64,000 bases of DNA. It comes from an uncultured Gammaproteobacteria bacterium (lineage in GTDB: Bacteria; Patescibacteriota; Patescibacteriia; Patescibacteriales; UBA12075). The stretch spans positions 4,569 through 68,568 of the forward strand of contig CAYWNT010000006.1 of NCBI GenBank assembly GCA_964459725.1. Reading direction: 5' to 3'. A program made the translations under genes and the position numbers. Shown here one piece after another: positions 38,672-48,048 of this stretch. Each line of letters opens with the position of its first letter. The stretch's first letter is position 1. The notes below the pieces were generated by a model, which ran no database searches, was not told where the DNA came from, and saw nothing but the letters and a program-made list of their open reading frames with translations.

Positions 38672-40408
38672 TTAGTCTTTGGTGACTCTCATAATTTCTT
38701 CTATTGTGGTTATACCGTTTTTGGCTTTGATAAATCCGTCTTCGCTGATTGTAAGCATGCCATCCATGATTGCTTGTCTGTTAATTTCTTGAGCACTCGC
38801 GTTTTTTATAATTAAACTGGAAAGCTTTTCAGAATTTTCCAATATTTCATAAATACCGATTCGGCCTTTATAACCACTGTTATTGCATTGCTTGCATCCT
38901 TTCCCGCGATAAAAGAGTAGGGAATCAAGCCCTTTTTTGGCGCTGATTATTTGCTTTTCTTTTTCTAGGGTTTTAAGAATACTTTCGATGTCGAGTTGTT
39001 TTTCCAGTTCAGCAATTGTTTCTTTGTCTAGGTTGTAACTCTGAATACAGCTACTGCATATTTTTCTCACAAGTCGTTGAGCGATAATTATGTTTACGGT
39101 TGTGGAAATCAAGAAGGAGGGAACACCCATTTCAGAAAGGCGGGGCATTGTTCCAGCGGCACTGTTGGTGTGAATAGTGGAAAGCACTGAGTGTCCGGTC
39201 ATGGCAGCATGAATAGCTATTTCAGCAGTTTCTTGATCTCGAATTTCCCCAACCATAATAACATCCGGATCTTGTCTTAGAAAGGCTCTAAGACCTGAGG
39301 CAAATGTAAAACCGATTTTAGAGTTTACTTGTGATTGGTTGATGTTGGACATTCGGTATTCGATAGGGTCTTCAATGGTGGAAATATTTACTTCCGGCCT
39401 GTTCAAAATATTTAAAACAGTATAGAGTGTGGTTGTCTTTCCAGAACCCGTTGGTCCGGTTACGAGGATGATGCCATGTGGTTTTTTTATGTTTCTTTTG
39501 ACAACATCCAGTGGGCCGGCCTGAAAACCAAGCTGCTCCAGCGTCAAAACTTGTGCTTTTTCATTTAGGAGTCTTAGTACTATTTTTTCACCATCAAATG
39601 TTGGCATGATCGAAACACGAAAGGCAACCTTGTATTCATTGCTAGCGATCTTGAACCTGCCGTCCTGGGGGAGTCGGTGTTCGTCAACTTTTAGATTAGC
39701 CAAGATTTTGATACGAGCCACAATTCCAGACTGGACGTTTTTTGGGAGAACCATGACGTTTTTTAGCACACCGTCAATACGGTAGCGTACCAAAACGTCT
39801 TTTTCTTCTGGTTCTATGTGGATATCACTTGCTCCTTCGATGATGGAGTATTCAAGTAGGGTATCAACAATGCGAACAACAGGCAGATCCTCAGCTAGTT
39901 TTTTCAAATCCTTATTTCCGTCTAAATTTTCCAGCTCTCCCTTCTGGTCTTCTTCAAGATAATTAAACTCAGCTTTTAGACTTTTATGGTATTGCTTGAG
40001 TGTTTCTTTTATATTGGCTGGTGTAGTGATGTGAAGAATTGGGGTGATCCCTGTCTTTTTTTTGATAAACTCAAAAATTTGAACATTTTCTGGATCAACA
40101 ACAGCCAGTTTTATTTCCTTGTCAGTAGCATCAAAGGCTATTATTTTATGGGTGGTGGCGACTGGTTCAGGCAACAAAAAAAGAACATCTTTCCTGATGT
40201 TTTGGTTTTTTAAGTCAATAAACGGAAGCTTGTAAAAACTTGCAACATTTTCGTATAAAACTAGGGGAGAGATAACCTTTTTTTCTATCAAATAAGATTC
40301 GGTTTTTTTCCCTAGCGATTTTGCCTCCTTTGAGTATTGTTCGAAGTTAGCTTCAGATAGGATATCTGAAGCTATAACTACTTTTTTTAATTGTGCCTCT
40401 GTGAGCAT
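38672..40408 (-). CDS. pilB: Type IV pilus assembly ATPase PilB (GspE family)
   Basis: N-terminal T2SSE_N region, Walker A VTGPTGSGKTTT, Asp box, Walker B IMVGEIRD, His box, and a tetracysteine motif CSSC...CKQC. Confidence 0.92.
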   Translation of the reverse strand: MLTEAQLKKVVIASDILSEANFEQYSKEAKSLGKKTESYLIEKKVISPLVLYENVASFYKLPFIDLKNQNIRKDVLFLLPEPVATTHKIIAFDATDKEIKLAVVDPENVQIFEFIKKKTGITPILHITTPANIKETLKQYHKSLKAEFNYLEEDQKGELENLDGNKDLKKLAEDLPVVRIVDTLLEYSIIEGASDIHIEPEEKDVLVRYRIDGVLKNVMVLPKNVQSGIVARIKILANLKVDEHRLPQDGRFKIASNEYKVAFRVSIMPTFDGEKIVLRLLNEKAQVLTLEQLGFQAGPLDVVKRNIKKPHGIILVTGPTGSGKTTTLYTVLNILNRPEVNISTIEDPIEYRMSNINQSQVNSKIGFTFASGLRAFLRQDPDVIMVGEIRDQETAEIAIHAAMTGHSVLSTIHTNSAAGTMPRLSEMGVPSFLISTTVNIIIAQRLVRKICSSCIQSYNLDKETIAELEKQLDIESILKTLEKEKQIISAKKGLDSLLFYRGKGCKQCNNSGYKGRIGIYEILENSEKLSSLIIKNASAQEINRQAIMDGMLTISEDGFIKAKNGITTIEEIMRVTKD

Positions 40409-40566
40409 GGTAGATAAACTCTTTTACACAGTTTTATAGTTGTTATTATTATAACATAATTTAGGAAAAATCAGAAATTTTTTGAAAAAAGTTTCGCTAA
40501 TTTTTAATATAGCTTATATTTGAATTTTTATAGTTTTATGATAAAGTATAGTTATAGCAAAAAATT

Positions 40567-40977
40567 ATGTTAGCTAAGGCAATAGACTATTTATCAATAA
40601 AACAATACAAGCTAAAAGAGCTTGTAAAAGAAATGTTCCGAAGCCCTGGATTCGGGATATTTTTAATTTCTTTTTTATTGGTCAATTCGCTTTGTTGGTA
40701 TGCAGCTTTCAAGCTAAATAAATACGCAGAAGGATCTCAGATTGCCCTGCATTACAGCGTAGATGCCGGTATTGACTACTATGGCGAATCGAAAAATATC
40801 TTTATTTTACCGTTTCTGGGGTTAGTTGTTTTTTTTGTTAATCTGATTGTTTTTGTGATTAGTTTCAAGCACAAGGACAAATCATTTATATCTTACTTAT
40901 TGTTTGTTTCCGCGGTTTTGGTAAATGTGGTGCTACTTACTGCGATTACTTCAATATATTTTGTTAATTTTAAATAG
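40567..40977 (+). CDS. Hypothetical membrane protein (136 aa)
   Basis: Three predicted TM spans. Directly upstream of mraY. Confidence 0.55.
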   Translation: MLAKAIDYLSIKQYKLKELVKEMFRSPGFGIFLISFLLVNSLCWYAAFKLNKYAEGSQIALHYSVDAGIDYYGESKNIFILPFLGLVVFFVNLIVFVISFKHKDKSFISYLLFVSAVLVNVVLLTAITSIYFVNFK

Positions 40978-40988
40978 ATCTTTTTTAT

Positions 40989-42038
40989 ATGGATTTTTAC
41001 TTAATTAAAATTTTGTTTTTTGCCGCGTTGGCTTTTATTTTTACTATTTTGTGGACACCTTTGTTTACGCATTTTTTGTACAAGCATAAACTGGGAAAAA
41101 GCATTAGAGACAATGGATCCACTCCGATATTTTCAAAGTTACATGCCCACAAGGCTGGTACCCCAACTATGGGAGGGGTATTAATATGGATGACGGTGTT
41201 GGTGCTTAGTCTTGTTTTTTATTATCTGGCAAAATTTCTTCCTTTTGAAATTCTAAAAGATCTTAATTTCTTATCAAGACAAGAAACTTTATTGCCCCTA
41301 GGTGCACTGGTTGCTAGTGCTTTGGTTGGCTTATTTGATGATTTTCTAGACGTGAGGCAGAAAGGTGTAAAAGGTGGGGGAGGACTAAACATGAAGCATA
41401 GATTGCTTATTTATACAGCTATAGCAATCATCGGAGCTTCATGGTTTTATTTTAAATTAGACTGGGACGTTTTTCATATTCCATTTTTCGGAAATATTGA
41501 GCTAGGATTTTCCTATATTTTAATTTTTATCTTTGTAATTGTTGCGACTTCTTTTTCTGTAAATGAAACTGATGGACTCGATGGCCTGGCTGGCGGAGCT
41601 TTGCTTACTTCATTTGCATCTTACGCTGCGATTGCCTTTGTTTTAGGCAAGTACGATTTAGCTGTTTTTTGTGCTGTGATCGTTGGCGCCTTGTTGGCCT
41701 TTTTGTGGTTCAACATTCAACCAGCCAGATTCTACATGGGAGACACCGGTTCTATGAGCCTGGGTGTTACCCTGGGTATCATTGCCATGCTGACTAACAG
41801 TGCTCTAATCCTTCCTGTTATCGGACTTATATTTGTTATTGAATCTCTCTCTGTTATTGTCCAGCTGACATCTAAAAAGCTAAGAAACGGAAAAAAGATT
41901 TTTCATTCAACTCCAATTCATCATCATTTTGAGGCCCTAGGATGGCCGGAGGGGAAAATTGTAATGCGTTTTTGGATTATCTCCGGAGTGTCCGCAGTGG
42001 CTGGGCTTATTTTCTTCTTATTGGACAATATTGTTTAA
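40989..42038 (+). CDS. mraY: Phospho-N-acetylmuramoyl-pentapeptide transferase MraY
   Basis: KAGTPTMGGVLIW, DDFLDV, NETDGLDGLAGG, MGDTGSMSLG, PIHHHFE. Confidence 0.93.
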   Translation: MDFYLIKILFFAALAFIFTILWTPLFTHFLYKHKLGKSIRDNGSTPIFSKLHAHKAGTPTMGGVLIWMTVLVLSLVFYYLAKFLPFEILKDLNFLSRQETLLPLGALVASALVGLFDDFLDVRQKGVKGGGGLNMKHRLLIYTAIAIIGASWFYFKLDWDVFHIPFFGNIELGFSYILIFIFVIVATSFSVNETDGLDGLAGGALLTSFASYAAIAFVLGKYDLAVFCAVIVGALLAFLWFNIQPARFYMGDTGSMSLGVTLGIIAMLTNSALILPVIGLIFVIESLSVIVQLTSKKLRNGKKIFHSTPIHHHFEALGWPEGKIVMRFWIISGVSAVAGLIFFLLDNIV

Positions 42039-42062
42039 ATTTAAATATTCTCTTAATAAATA

Positions 42063-43178
42063 ATGAGGAACGACAATAAAAAACCAGGTTATCACGAAGG
42101 TGATAAATGGTTAATTATTTCTATATTTGTAATTTTGGTATTCGGGCTAGTGAGTCTTTCGAGTGCATCATCAGTGGTTGCATATGACAAGTTCGGAGAT
42201 GCTTATTATTATTTCAAGCATCAATTATTCGGACTCGGAATAGGGCTCGTTGCATTTTGGTTTTTTGCCTCAACTGATTATCGGCGATGGAAGAAGTTTG
42301 CCGTTGGCTTTCTGCTGTTTTCGATTATATTGCTTTTACTAGTTTTTATACCTGGATTGAGTGCATCTTACGGCAAAGCCAGGAGTTGGATTAATGTTTT
42401 TGGCTTTTCTTTGCAACCCTCGGAATTTGTGAAGTTGTCATTTCTGCTTTATTTGGCGGCCTGGCTTGAAGCCAAGAAGAAGGATCTCTACGATGTGTAC
42501 CAGGGGATTGGACCATTTATGGTCGTGCTTGGTTTTGTAGCTTTTTTAATGATACTTCAGCCTGACATTGGAACCCTGTCTATCCTCGGTATTACATCTC
42601 TGATTGTGTATTTTGTGGGTGGAGGAAGCAAGAGGCATATTTTGCTTATTATGCTTTTTGGGATTCTGGCTTTTGGGATAATGGTGCAGCTCAAACCCTA
42701 TCAGCTAAATAGATTCAAGTGCATGATTGATCCAACATATAGCGCTAATGATATTTGTTATCAGATCAACCAGTCATTGATTGCAGTCGGCTCAGGAGGT
42801 TTTCTAGGGAGGGGACTGGGGGCGAGTAGACAGAAGTTTATGTACTTACCAGAAGTGTCAGGAGATTCGATTTTTGCTATCATAGCGGAGGAGACTGGAA
42901 TGGTGGTCAGTGTTTCTCTGATTGGACTCTATATGTTCTTATTTTATCGTGGATACATTATCGCACAGAACGCTCCAGACGATTTTGGTAAAATCCTGGC
43001 AATTGGTATTGTCAGTTGGATAGTTGTTCAGGCTATGATTAATATTGGAGGAATAATAGGGGTAATGCCGATGACCGGAGTGCCTCTACCACTCATAAGC
43101 TACGGCGGCTCTGCAATACTTACTGCTCTGGCTGCCCTTGGTGTGCTTGTAAACATTTCTAAGCAGACTATTAAGTAG
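42063..43178 (+). CDS. ftsW: SEDS-family peptidoglycan glycosyltransferase (FtsW/RodA)
   Basis: QPSEFVKL, LQPDIGT, LPEVSGDSIFAIIAEETG, GVPLPLISYGGSA. Called ftsW only because it follows mraY; RodA cannot be excluded. Confidence 0.85.
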   Translation: MRNDNKKPGYHEGDKWLIISIFVILVFGLVSLSSASSVVAYDKFGDAYYYFKHQLFGLGIGLVAFWFFASTDYRRWKKFAVGFLLFSIILLLLVFIPGLSASYGKARSWINVFGFSLQPSEFVKLSFLLYLAAWLEAKKKDLYDVYQGIGPFMVVLGFVAFLMILQPDIGTLSILGITSLIVYFVGGGSKRHILLIMLFGILAFGIMVQLKPYQLNRFKCMIDPTYSANDICYQINQSLIAVGSGGFLGRGLGASRQKFMYLPEVSGDSIFAIIAEETGMVVSVSLIGLYMFLFYRGYIIAQNAPDDFGKILAIGIVSWIVVQAMINIGGIIGVMPMTGVPLPLISYGGSAILTALAALGVLVNISKQTIK

Positions 43179-43234
43179 ATAATCTGATAATTGCAGCATT
43201 AGCACAAAATTATATTTAAAAATAAAATAAGTCT

Positions 43235-43729
43235 ATGCAAGAAGTAAAATTAAATGTCCGGGTTATTACACTCACAGTTATTATCACAGTCATCATTATG
43301 GGTGGAGGTTTTTATTACTTTCAAAAAAGTACAATATTGGCAGGATGTCCTGTTTCTGAAAGCACGAACGAAGAAACATCCGCAGAGATGGCTGCGCCTG
43401 TTTCACAAAAATCATTAGTTGAATATTATAAAACACAGTTGGATTTTCACACGTCGGGAGAAGATAACAGCTTTAAAAGAAAATCACCAGAAGAATTGGG
43501 ATTAAAAGAGATAACTACAGTAGGGGTTTTGTGTCCAGAAAATCCGGATGGACCTTGTGGTTTTGACTTAATTATTGTATCAAAAGAGACATTACATTCA
43601 GGAATTCAAGAATTTTACTTTGCGTACATGGGCGGAGTCGGCTACAATTACTTTGGTCCATTTACTGATGATCTTGAAAGACTAGTTGATGAAAGTAAAT
43701 ACATTGAAGCACTTAAAGAAGTTTATTAA
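43235..43729 (+). CDS. Hypothetical membrane-anchored protein (164 aa)
   Basis: One N-terminal TM span. No family recognised. Confidence 0.55.
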   Translation: MQEVKLNVRVITLTVIITVIIMGGGFYYFQKSTILAGCPVSESTNEETSAEMAAPVSQKSLVEYYKTQLDFHTSGEDNSFKRKSPEELGLKEITTVGVLCPENPDGPCGFDLIIVSKETLHSGIQEFYFAYMGGVGYNYFGPFTDDLERLVDESKYIEALKEVY

Positions 43730-43771
43730 AAAATAATATAATTAAAATTTTGTAGCGTATAAAGAAAAAAG

Positions 43772-43801
43772 CCTCTGCATAATCCGAAGATTACGCAGAG
43801 G
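43772..43801 (-). terminator. Rho-independent terminator (minus-strand U-tract; may act bidirectionally)
   Basis: cctctgcataatc (43772-43784), cgaa loop, gattacgcagagg (43789-43801), 13 bp with one mismatch. The preceding A-run on the plus strand gives a U-tract for the minus-strand small-gene operon. Confidence 0.75.
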
Positions 43802-43844
43802 TTGTATTACTTAATAGGTGTATTTTGCAAAGTAAGGGCAAATT

Positions 43845-44066
43845 TTACATTCTAAGTAATTGCGGTACAGGTGTCATTATATGGCCATTTTTGGCTAATT
43901 GCCATAGCGCTTGAAAGCTCACGGCAATGGACAATGTTGTGCCAGATAAACAAGCACCAATCGTTATTGTCGTTATTGAATCAAATATAGCAAGGGCTAA
44001 TAACAACAACATAAAACTGACAGCTATAGAGCCAGAAACTAGAATTCTAATTGCGTATTTTCTCAT
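43845..44066 (-). CDS. Small two-TM membrane protein (73 aa), SD-led
   Basis: ccaaaaaggaggtaagagATG. Hydrophobic sequence. Overlaps the end of the upstream 55-aa ORF. Confidence 0.65.
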   Translation of the reverse strand: MRKYAIRILVSGSIAVSFMLLLLALAIFDSITTITIGACLSGTTLSIAVSFQALWQLAKNGHIMTPVPQLLRM

Positions 44067-44214
44067 CTCTTACCTCCTTTTTGGTAAAGAAGTAAAGAAT
44101 TAATGCCAAGATCCACGGAGACCAGTATAACAATGAAAGCCATACCGAGGGTTGCTGCGTGCTCAAATGAGAATTGTGTTGTGTCGCCAGATATGCCCAT
44201 CCGTAATATGCCAT
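44047..44214 (-). CDS. Small Trp/Tyr-rich membrane protein (55 aa), SD-led
   Basis: Below the track cutoff. tcaaggagaaaaaattATG. MAYYGWAYLATQHNSHLSTQQPSVWLSLLYWSPWILALILYFFTKKEVRDEKIRN. Confidence 0.5.
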   Translation of the reverse strand: MAYYGWAYLATQHNSHLSTQQPSVWLSLLYWSPWILALILYFFTKKEVRDEKIRN

Positions 44215-44260
44215 AATTTTTTCTCCTTGATTTGTTGAATGAACTCTTTTTGAAACTTAA

Positions 44261-44500
44261 TCACGGAATAACTGAGCTCTGGTTAATTTCTGGATATTTA
44301 TCCATAGAATATTTCGAGCCATCATCTTTTTCTAAATAGTAAGAAACTGCTTTGCCGCCAAGGGGCAGTTCCCATTCCTGTGCGCTAGTTATTTTCATTT
44401 TAATGCTCTCGGCGATATTTTCTGGACTGTTTCCGCTTATAACGCCTAACTGAATTTGTCTGTGCCCACCGTCTACTGATTTATTTAAAATCAAGATCAT
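44261..44500 (-). CDS. Hypothetical protein (79 aa), SD-led
   Basis: caaatggaggtgggttATG. First gene of a three-gene minus-strand unit. Confidence 0.65.
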   Translation of the reverse strand: MILILNKSVDGGHRQIQLGVISGNSPENIAESIKMKITSAQEWELPLGGKAVSYYLEKDDGSKYSMDKYPEINQSSVIP

Positions 44501-44735
44501 AACCCACCTCCATTTGTGATTATTGGTTAATTAGCTGATTTAACATACTATCATAATAATTTTTTAAGTCAAGCTTTATACGATGTTTAATTTAAAAGCA
44601 TACCAATAATAAGGAAAATTATTATAAAATTTTCTTTCACATTCATCCAATTCGGCAGACAGGTTTTTAAAATTCTGATATAATTAGGAGTGTAATTTGA
44701 TTTACAAATTTTTATAATTTTATAAATACAATATT

Positions 44736-45425
44736 ATGCCACACATACATGACAAAATTGATTTTTGTTCAGAGACTTTCATTGTCTACAAAGACACCGT
44801 CCTTCTAAGAAAACATGATAAACTAAAGATTTGGCTTAGTGTTGGTGGGCATATTGAGCTAGATGAGGATCCAAATGAAGCAGCGATAAGAGAGGTGAGA
44901 GAAGAGGTCGGACTAGATGTAGAGCTCTATAGCGAGGAAAATAAGCAACCAGTTTTCAAGAGTGATCTAAAGTCGCTTATTCCACCCCAGTATTTAAACA
45001 GGCACAATATAACAGACGAGCATGAACATGTTGAATTTGTGTATTTTGCAAAATCAAAAACCGATAAGCTACAATTATCTGATACAGAAATAACTGACGA
45101 GTGTAAATGGTTTACAAGAGAAGAGCTAGTCAAAAATGATCATGGCATACCAGGTGATGTTCAGTTGTATGCGTTAGAGGCTCTTGAAAAATTATCAGAG
45201 AATCCTGCAGGTGAAACAGGTTTAAAGAAAGATGTCATAAAAAAAGATGTGTTTGACCGTGAAATTACTCTGTGTAAGAATCTGGCAAAAGAAAATGGCA
45301 ATAAATGTAATTGGGGATCCTGCGAGAAGTGTGGCGTATTGCCGCTCCTGATCAAACTTCATGAGGGTCGTTTACTTGAAGACTCTGATGAAATAGTTGA
45401 AGTGAAAAATAAAACAATCTTTTAA
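44736..45425 (+). CDS. NUDIX hydrolase with a Cys-rich C-terminal extension
   Basis: Nudix box GGHIELDEDPNEAAIREVREEVGL. The C-terminal ~60 aa carry C-x11-C-x4-C-x2-C (CKNLAKENGNKCNWGSCEKCG). Confidence 0.85.
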   Translation: MPHIHDKIDFCSETFIVYKDTVLLRKHDKLKIWLSVGGHIELDEDPNEAAIREVREEVGLDVELYSEENKQPVFKSDLKSLIPPQYLNRHNITDEHEHVEFVYFAKSKTDKLQLSDTEITDECKWFTREELVKNDHGIPGDVQLYALEALEKLSENPAGETGLKKDVIKKDVFDREITLCKNLAKENGNKCNWGSCEKCGVLPLLIKLHEGRLLEDSDEIVEVKNKTIF

Positions 45426-45431
45426 AACTTC

Positions 45432-45512
45432 GGCGGGTTTATCCACTGGGAGGTGGGCAGGCATTCCATAGCACATTCCATAGCACATTCTACCTGTGGC
45501 AGAATTGTGTTG
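45432..45512. repeat. GC-rich intergenic repeat, copy A
   Basis: ggcgggtttatccactgggaggtgggcaggcattccatagcacattccatagcacattctacctgtggcagaattgtgttg. Aligns with 49229-49297 with about 6 transitions/substitutions and a 12-nt internal duplication (cattccatagca x2). Confidence 0.85.
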
Positions 45513-45598
45513 TTAAAATTCTTTGCGCACTAATTTTCGCCTAATGGTGCTTATTTGATTACGTCAATAACATAAATAAATTATTTCAAATAAAAAAA

Positions 45599-45632
45599 CC
45601 GCCGACCTAGATAGTAATCTAGGGCACGGCGG
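45599..45632. terminator. Strong stem-loop with an A-run upstream (U-tract only on the minus strand)
   Basis: ccgccg (45599-45604) pairs with cggcgg (45627-45632), with an inner stem cctagat/atctagg. On the minus strand it reads as a canonical terminator, but no minus-strand ORF precedes it. Confidence 0.45.
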
Positions 45633-45755
45633 AGTTTGGAGAAAAATTTTTCACCTTACAGAGGAGCGTCAGGTCGGCAAAAAAATTTCTTTTTCTCATA
45701 TTCCTCTCATAATATAAAACCTATAATATAATTACTTTAAAAGTAATTTTAACTT

Positions 45756-46427
45756 ATGCAAATTCTCATCATAGAAGACGAACAGCGTCTGGCGCAAAGT
45801 ATTCAAAAAGGACTAAAGGCGGAAAATTTTTCTGTAGATGTTGCTAATGACGGCGAACAAGGATTAAAAATGATGATCAATAAATACGATTTGATTATTC
45901 TTGATCTCATGCTGCCAAAAGTGAGTGGGTTGGAAATCTTAGAACATTTGCGAACAGAAAAAAACAAAATCCCAATATTAATCTTAACTGCCAAAGGCTC
46001 AACAGATGATAAGGTGAAAGGGCTTAATTTGGGGGCTGATGATTATTTAGCAAAGCCATTTGATTTCGAAGAGCTATTGGCGCGTGTTTACGCTCTTATA
46101 CGCCGTTCAACCAATAGTGATGTGAAATTAAAAATTGACAATTTGGAACTTAATCCACGCAAAAAAGAAGTCACCAGAGCCGGAAAAATAATAAAACTCT
46201 CCGGTACGGAATATAGATTATTGGAATACTTAGTGAGACATCCTCACCATGTCATGAGTGAAACAGATCTTTTGGAGCATGTTTGGGATCATAATTATGA
46301 TGGGCTTTCCAATATTGTTTCTGTGTATATTCGCTACCTTCGAAACAAGATAGATAAACCTTTTACCACAGAAAAACCACTCATTCATACTGTGCGCGGC
46401 TTAGGCTATAAAATTTGCGATAAATAA
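45756..46427 (+). CDS. OmpR-family response regulator (receiver plus winged-helix DNA-binding domain)
   Basis: ILIIEDE...DLIILDLMLPKVSGLEIL...ILILTAKG...GADDYLAKPF and the C-terminal LSGTEYRLLEYLV...TVRGLGYK. Confidence 0.92.
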   Translation: MQILIIEDEQRLAQSIQKGLKAENFSVDVANDGEQGLKMMINKYDLIILDLMLPKVSGLEILEHLRTEKNKIPILILTAKGSTDDKVKGLNLGADDYLAKPFDFEELLARVYALIRRSTNSDVKLKIDNLELNPRKKEVTRAGKIIKLSGTEYRLLEYLVRHPHHVMSETDLLEHVWDHNYDGLSNIVSVYIRYLRNKIDKPFTTEKPLIHTVRGLGYKICDK

Positions 46428-46436
46428 TAAACTCCT

Positions 46437-47687
46437 ATGAAATACACTACCAAAAAAAAATGGCAATTTACTTTTATTTATTTTTTTCCTGTTTTTATTA
46501 TTTTTTCCTGTTTCTCAATTTTTATCCATTATTCTTATTCAGAAAAAATATACGAAATTGATGACACTATCTCAGAAATGGCTTTTGGCACTAGTGAGTA
46601 TAGAGAATTTAATGAATATAAAGAATACAAAGAAGCACCCAATACAATTATTGCTGAGCAGGACTGGAACACTCTTTCTATGGAGGAAATTGATAAAAAA
46701 CTTATTGAAAATGGATTGGAACCTATTGGCAACTCAAAGGACCCTTTTTATTATCTAACTCCAAAAGAAATCAAAGAAAAATTAAACAAAGAAGCTATTT
46801 TTTGGGGCTCAAATCCTGATGGAGGTGTTGTCTACACAGAAGTAGGGCATGATCTGCCTTATATTTCCTTGGAGCAAATTGAAGAAGTTCAAGACACAAT
46901 TAGTCAATCATCACTTATGACTATTATTGTTACTTTGTTTGGAGTTACTTTGGCGTTTGCGTTTTTAGCTTATTATTTTGCCGGCAAAGCCATTAAACCA
47001 CTCCAAGATTCCATTGAAAAGCAAAAACAATTTGTCTCTGATTCTTCCCATGAAATAAAAACACCCTTGGCGCTGATAAAATCAGAGGCTGAAGTTTTAC
47101 TGCGAGATAAAAATTCGTCAATTAATGAATATCAAAGTTTTGCCAAAAATACAGTAGAAGATGTCAATCGTTTGGACACTTTGGCTGATAGTCTTTTATG
47201 GCTGGCTCAATTGGATCAGAAGAAAAAAGATTTTGCTTTGGAAAAAATAAATCTCAGTGCGCTGATTCAAAAAATAGCCAACTCCTTCGGGCAAGTAGCG
47301 CTTAAAAAGAAAATTACTATTAATGCAGACATTGAAAAGGATATTTTTGCTTCCGCAAATAGAGATGCTACTTATCAAGTATTGAATATCATTCTTGATA
47401 ATGCTCTAAAATTTAGTCCGGAAAAAAGTAAAATTGACATTTACATCAAACAAGAGCTCCAATCAATTATAGTGAATATCAAGGATTGTGGTATTGGTAT
47501 TTCCAAAAAAGATTTAAGTCATATCTTTGATCGTTTTTACCGTGCCTCAGAAGATCGTCATGAAAAAGGTTATGGTTTGGGATTAGCCATTGCCAAAGAA
47601 GCTATGCTTGCTCAAGGCGGCAATATCAAAATCAAGAGCGCATTAAAAAGAGGAACGATCGTAGAATTGCGGTTTAAAAAAGGGTAA
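46437..47687 (+). CDS. Sensor histidine kinase (two TM spans, ~125-aa extracytoplasmic domain, HisKA, HATPase_c)
   Basis: H-box FVSDSSHEIKTPLALI, N-box NIILDNALKFSP, G-boxes DCGIGI and GYGLGLAIAKE. Confidence 0.9.
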   Translation: MKYTTKKKWQFTFIYFFPVFIIFSCFSIFIHYSYSEKIYEIDDTISEMAFGTSEYREFNEYKEYKEAPNTIIAEQDWNTLSMEEIDKKLIENGLEPIGNSKDPFYYLTPKEIKEKLNKEAIFWGSNPDGGVVYTEVGHDLPYISLEQIEEVQDTISQSSLMTIIVTLFGVTLAFAFLAYYFAGKAIKPLQDSIEKQKQFVSDSSHEIKTPLALIKSEAEVLLRDKNSSINEYQSFAKNTVEDVNRLDTLADSLLWLAQLDQKKKDFALEKINLSALIQKIANSFGQVALKKKITINADIEKDIFASANRDATYQVLNIILDNALKFSPEKSKIDIYIKQELQSIIVNIKDCGIGISKKDLSHIFDRFYRASEDRHEKGYGLGLAIAKEAMLAQGGNIKIKSALKRGTIVELRFKKG

Positions 47688-47714
47688 TTTTTTATCAAAA
47701 TTCAAAAAAGCAAA

Positions 47715-47746
47715 AACTCTCATCTTCTACTCATGGGAGTTTTTTT
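47715..47746 (+). terminator. Rho-independent terminator after the kinase gene
   Basis: aactctcat (47715-47723) pairs with atgggagtt (47733-47741), followed by a T-run to 47746. Confidence 0.7.
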
Positions 47747-47955
47747 ATAATAATGGTATTCATTAATTAATCAAATCAAGCCATGGAGAGGTGACAAAAA
47801 ATAATCATAAATTCTCACCTTGCTCTCATGCAGTATTTATTACAATGAATATATTCAATGATAAAAAAGATTAAAACAACCAGCGCGCAAACTTTTTCCT
47901 TTTTCATCAGAGAAACAAACTATTTTGATTATTTTGTAAAATTAGTGAAAGCTCT

Positions 47956-48024
47956 ACCAAGGCTATTGGTCCAAAATAATTTATCATTACATTTTACAAG
48001 AAATCAAAAACTTTTTAATTTAAT
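47956..48024 (+). promoter_or_regulatory. Conserved upstream element, copy 1 (before the 98-aa gene)
   Basis: accaaggctattggtccaaaataatttatcattacattttacaagaaatcaaaaacttt... matches 48401-48468 with 2 substitutions and 1 single-nt indel over about 58 nt. Confidence 0.7.
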
Positions 48025-48048
48025 TTAATTTATTATGAAAACAACAAA

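Noticed and set aside
47815-47905. 30-aa minus-strand ORF (MKKEKVCALVVLIFFIIEYIHCNKYCMRAR) and several 5-10-codon plus-strand ORFs in the kinase-to-98-aa-gene spacer
   Set aside because: They have no SD (unlike the other small ORFs of the island), are very short, and overlap likely promoter sequence.
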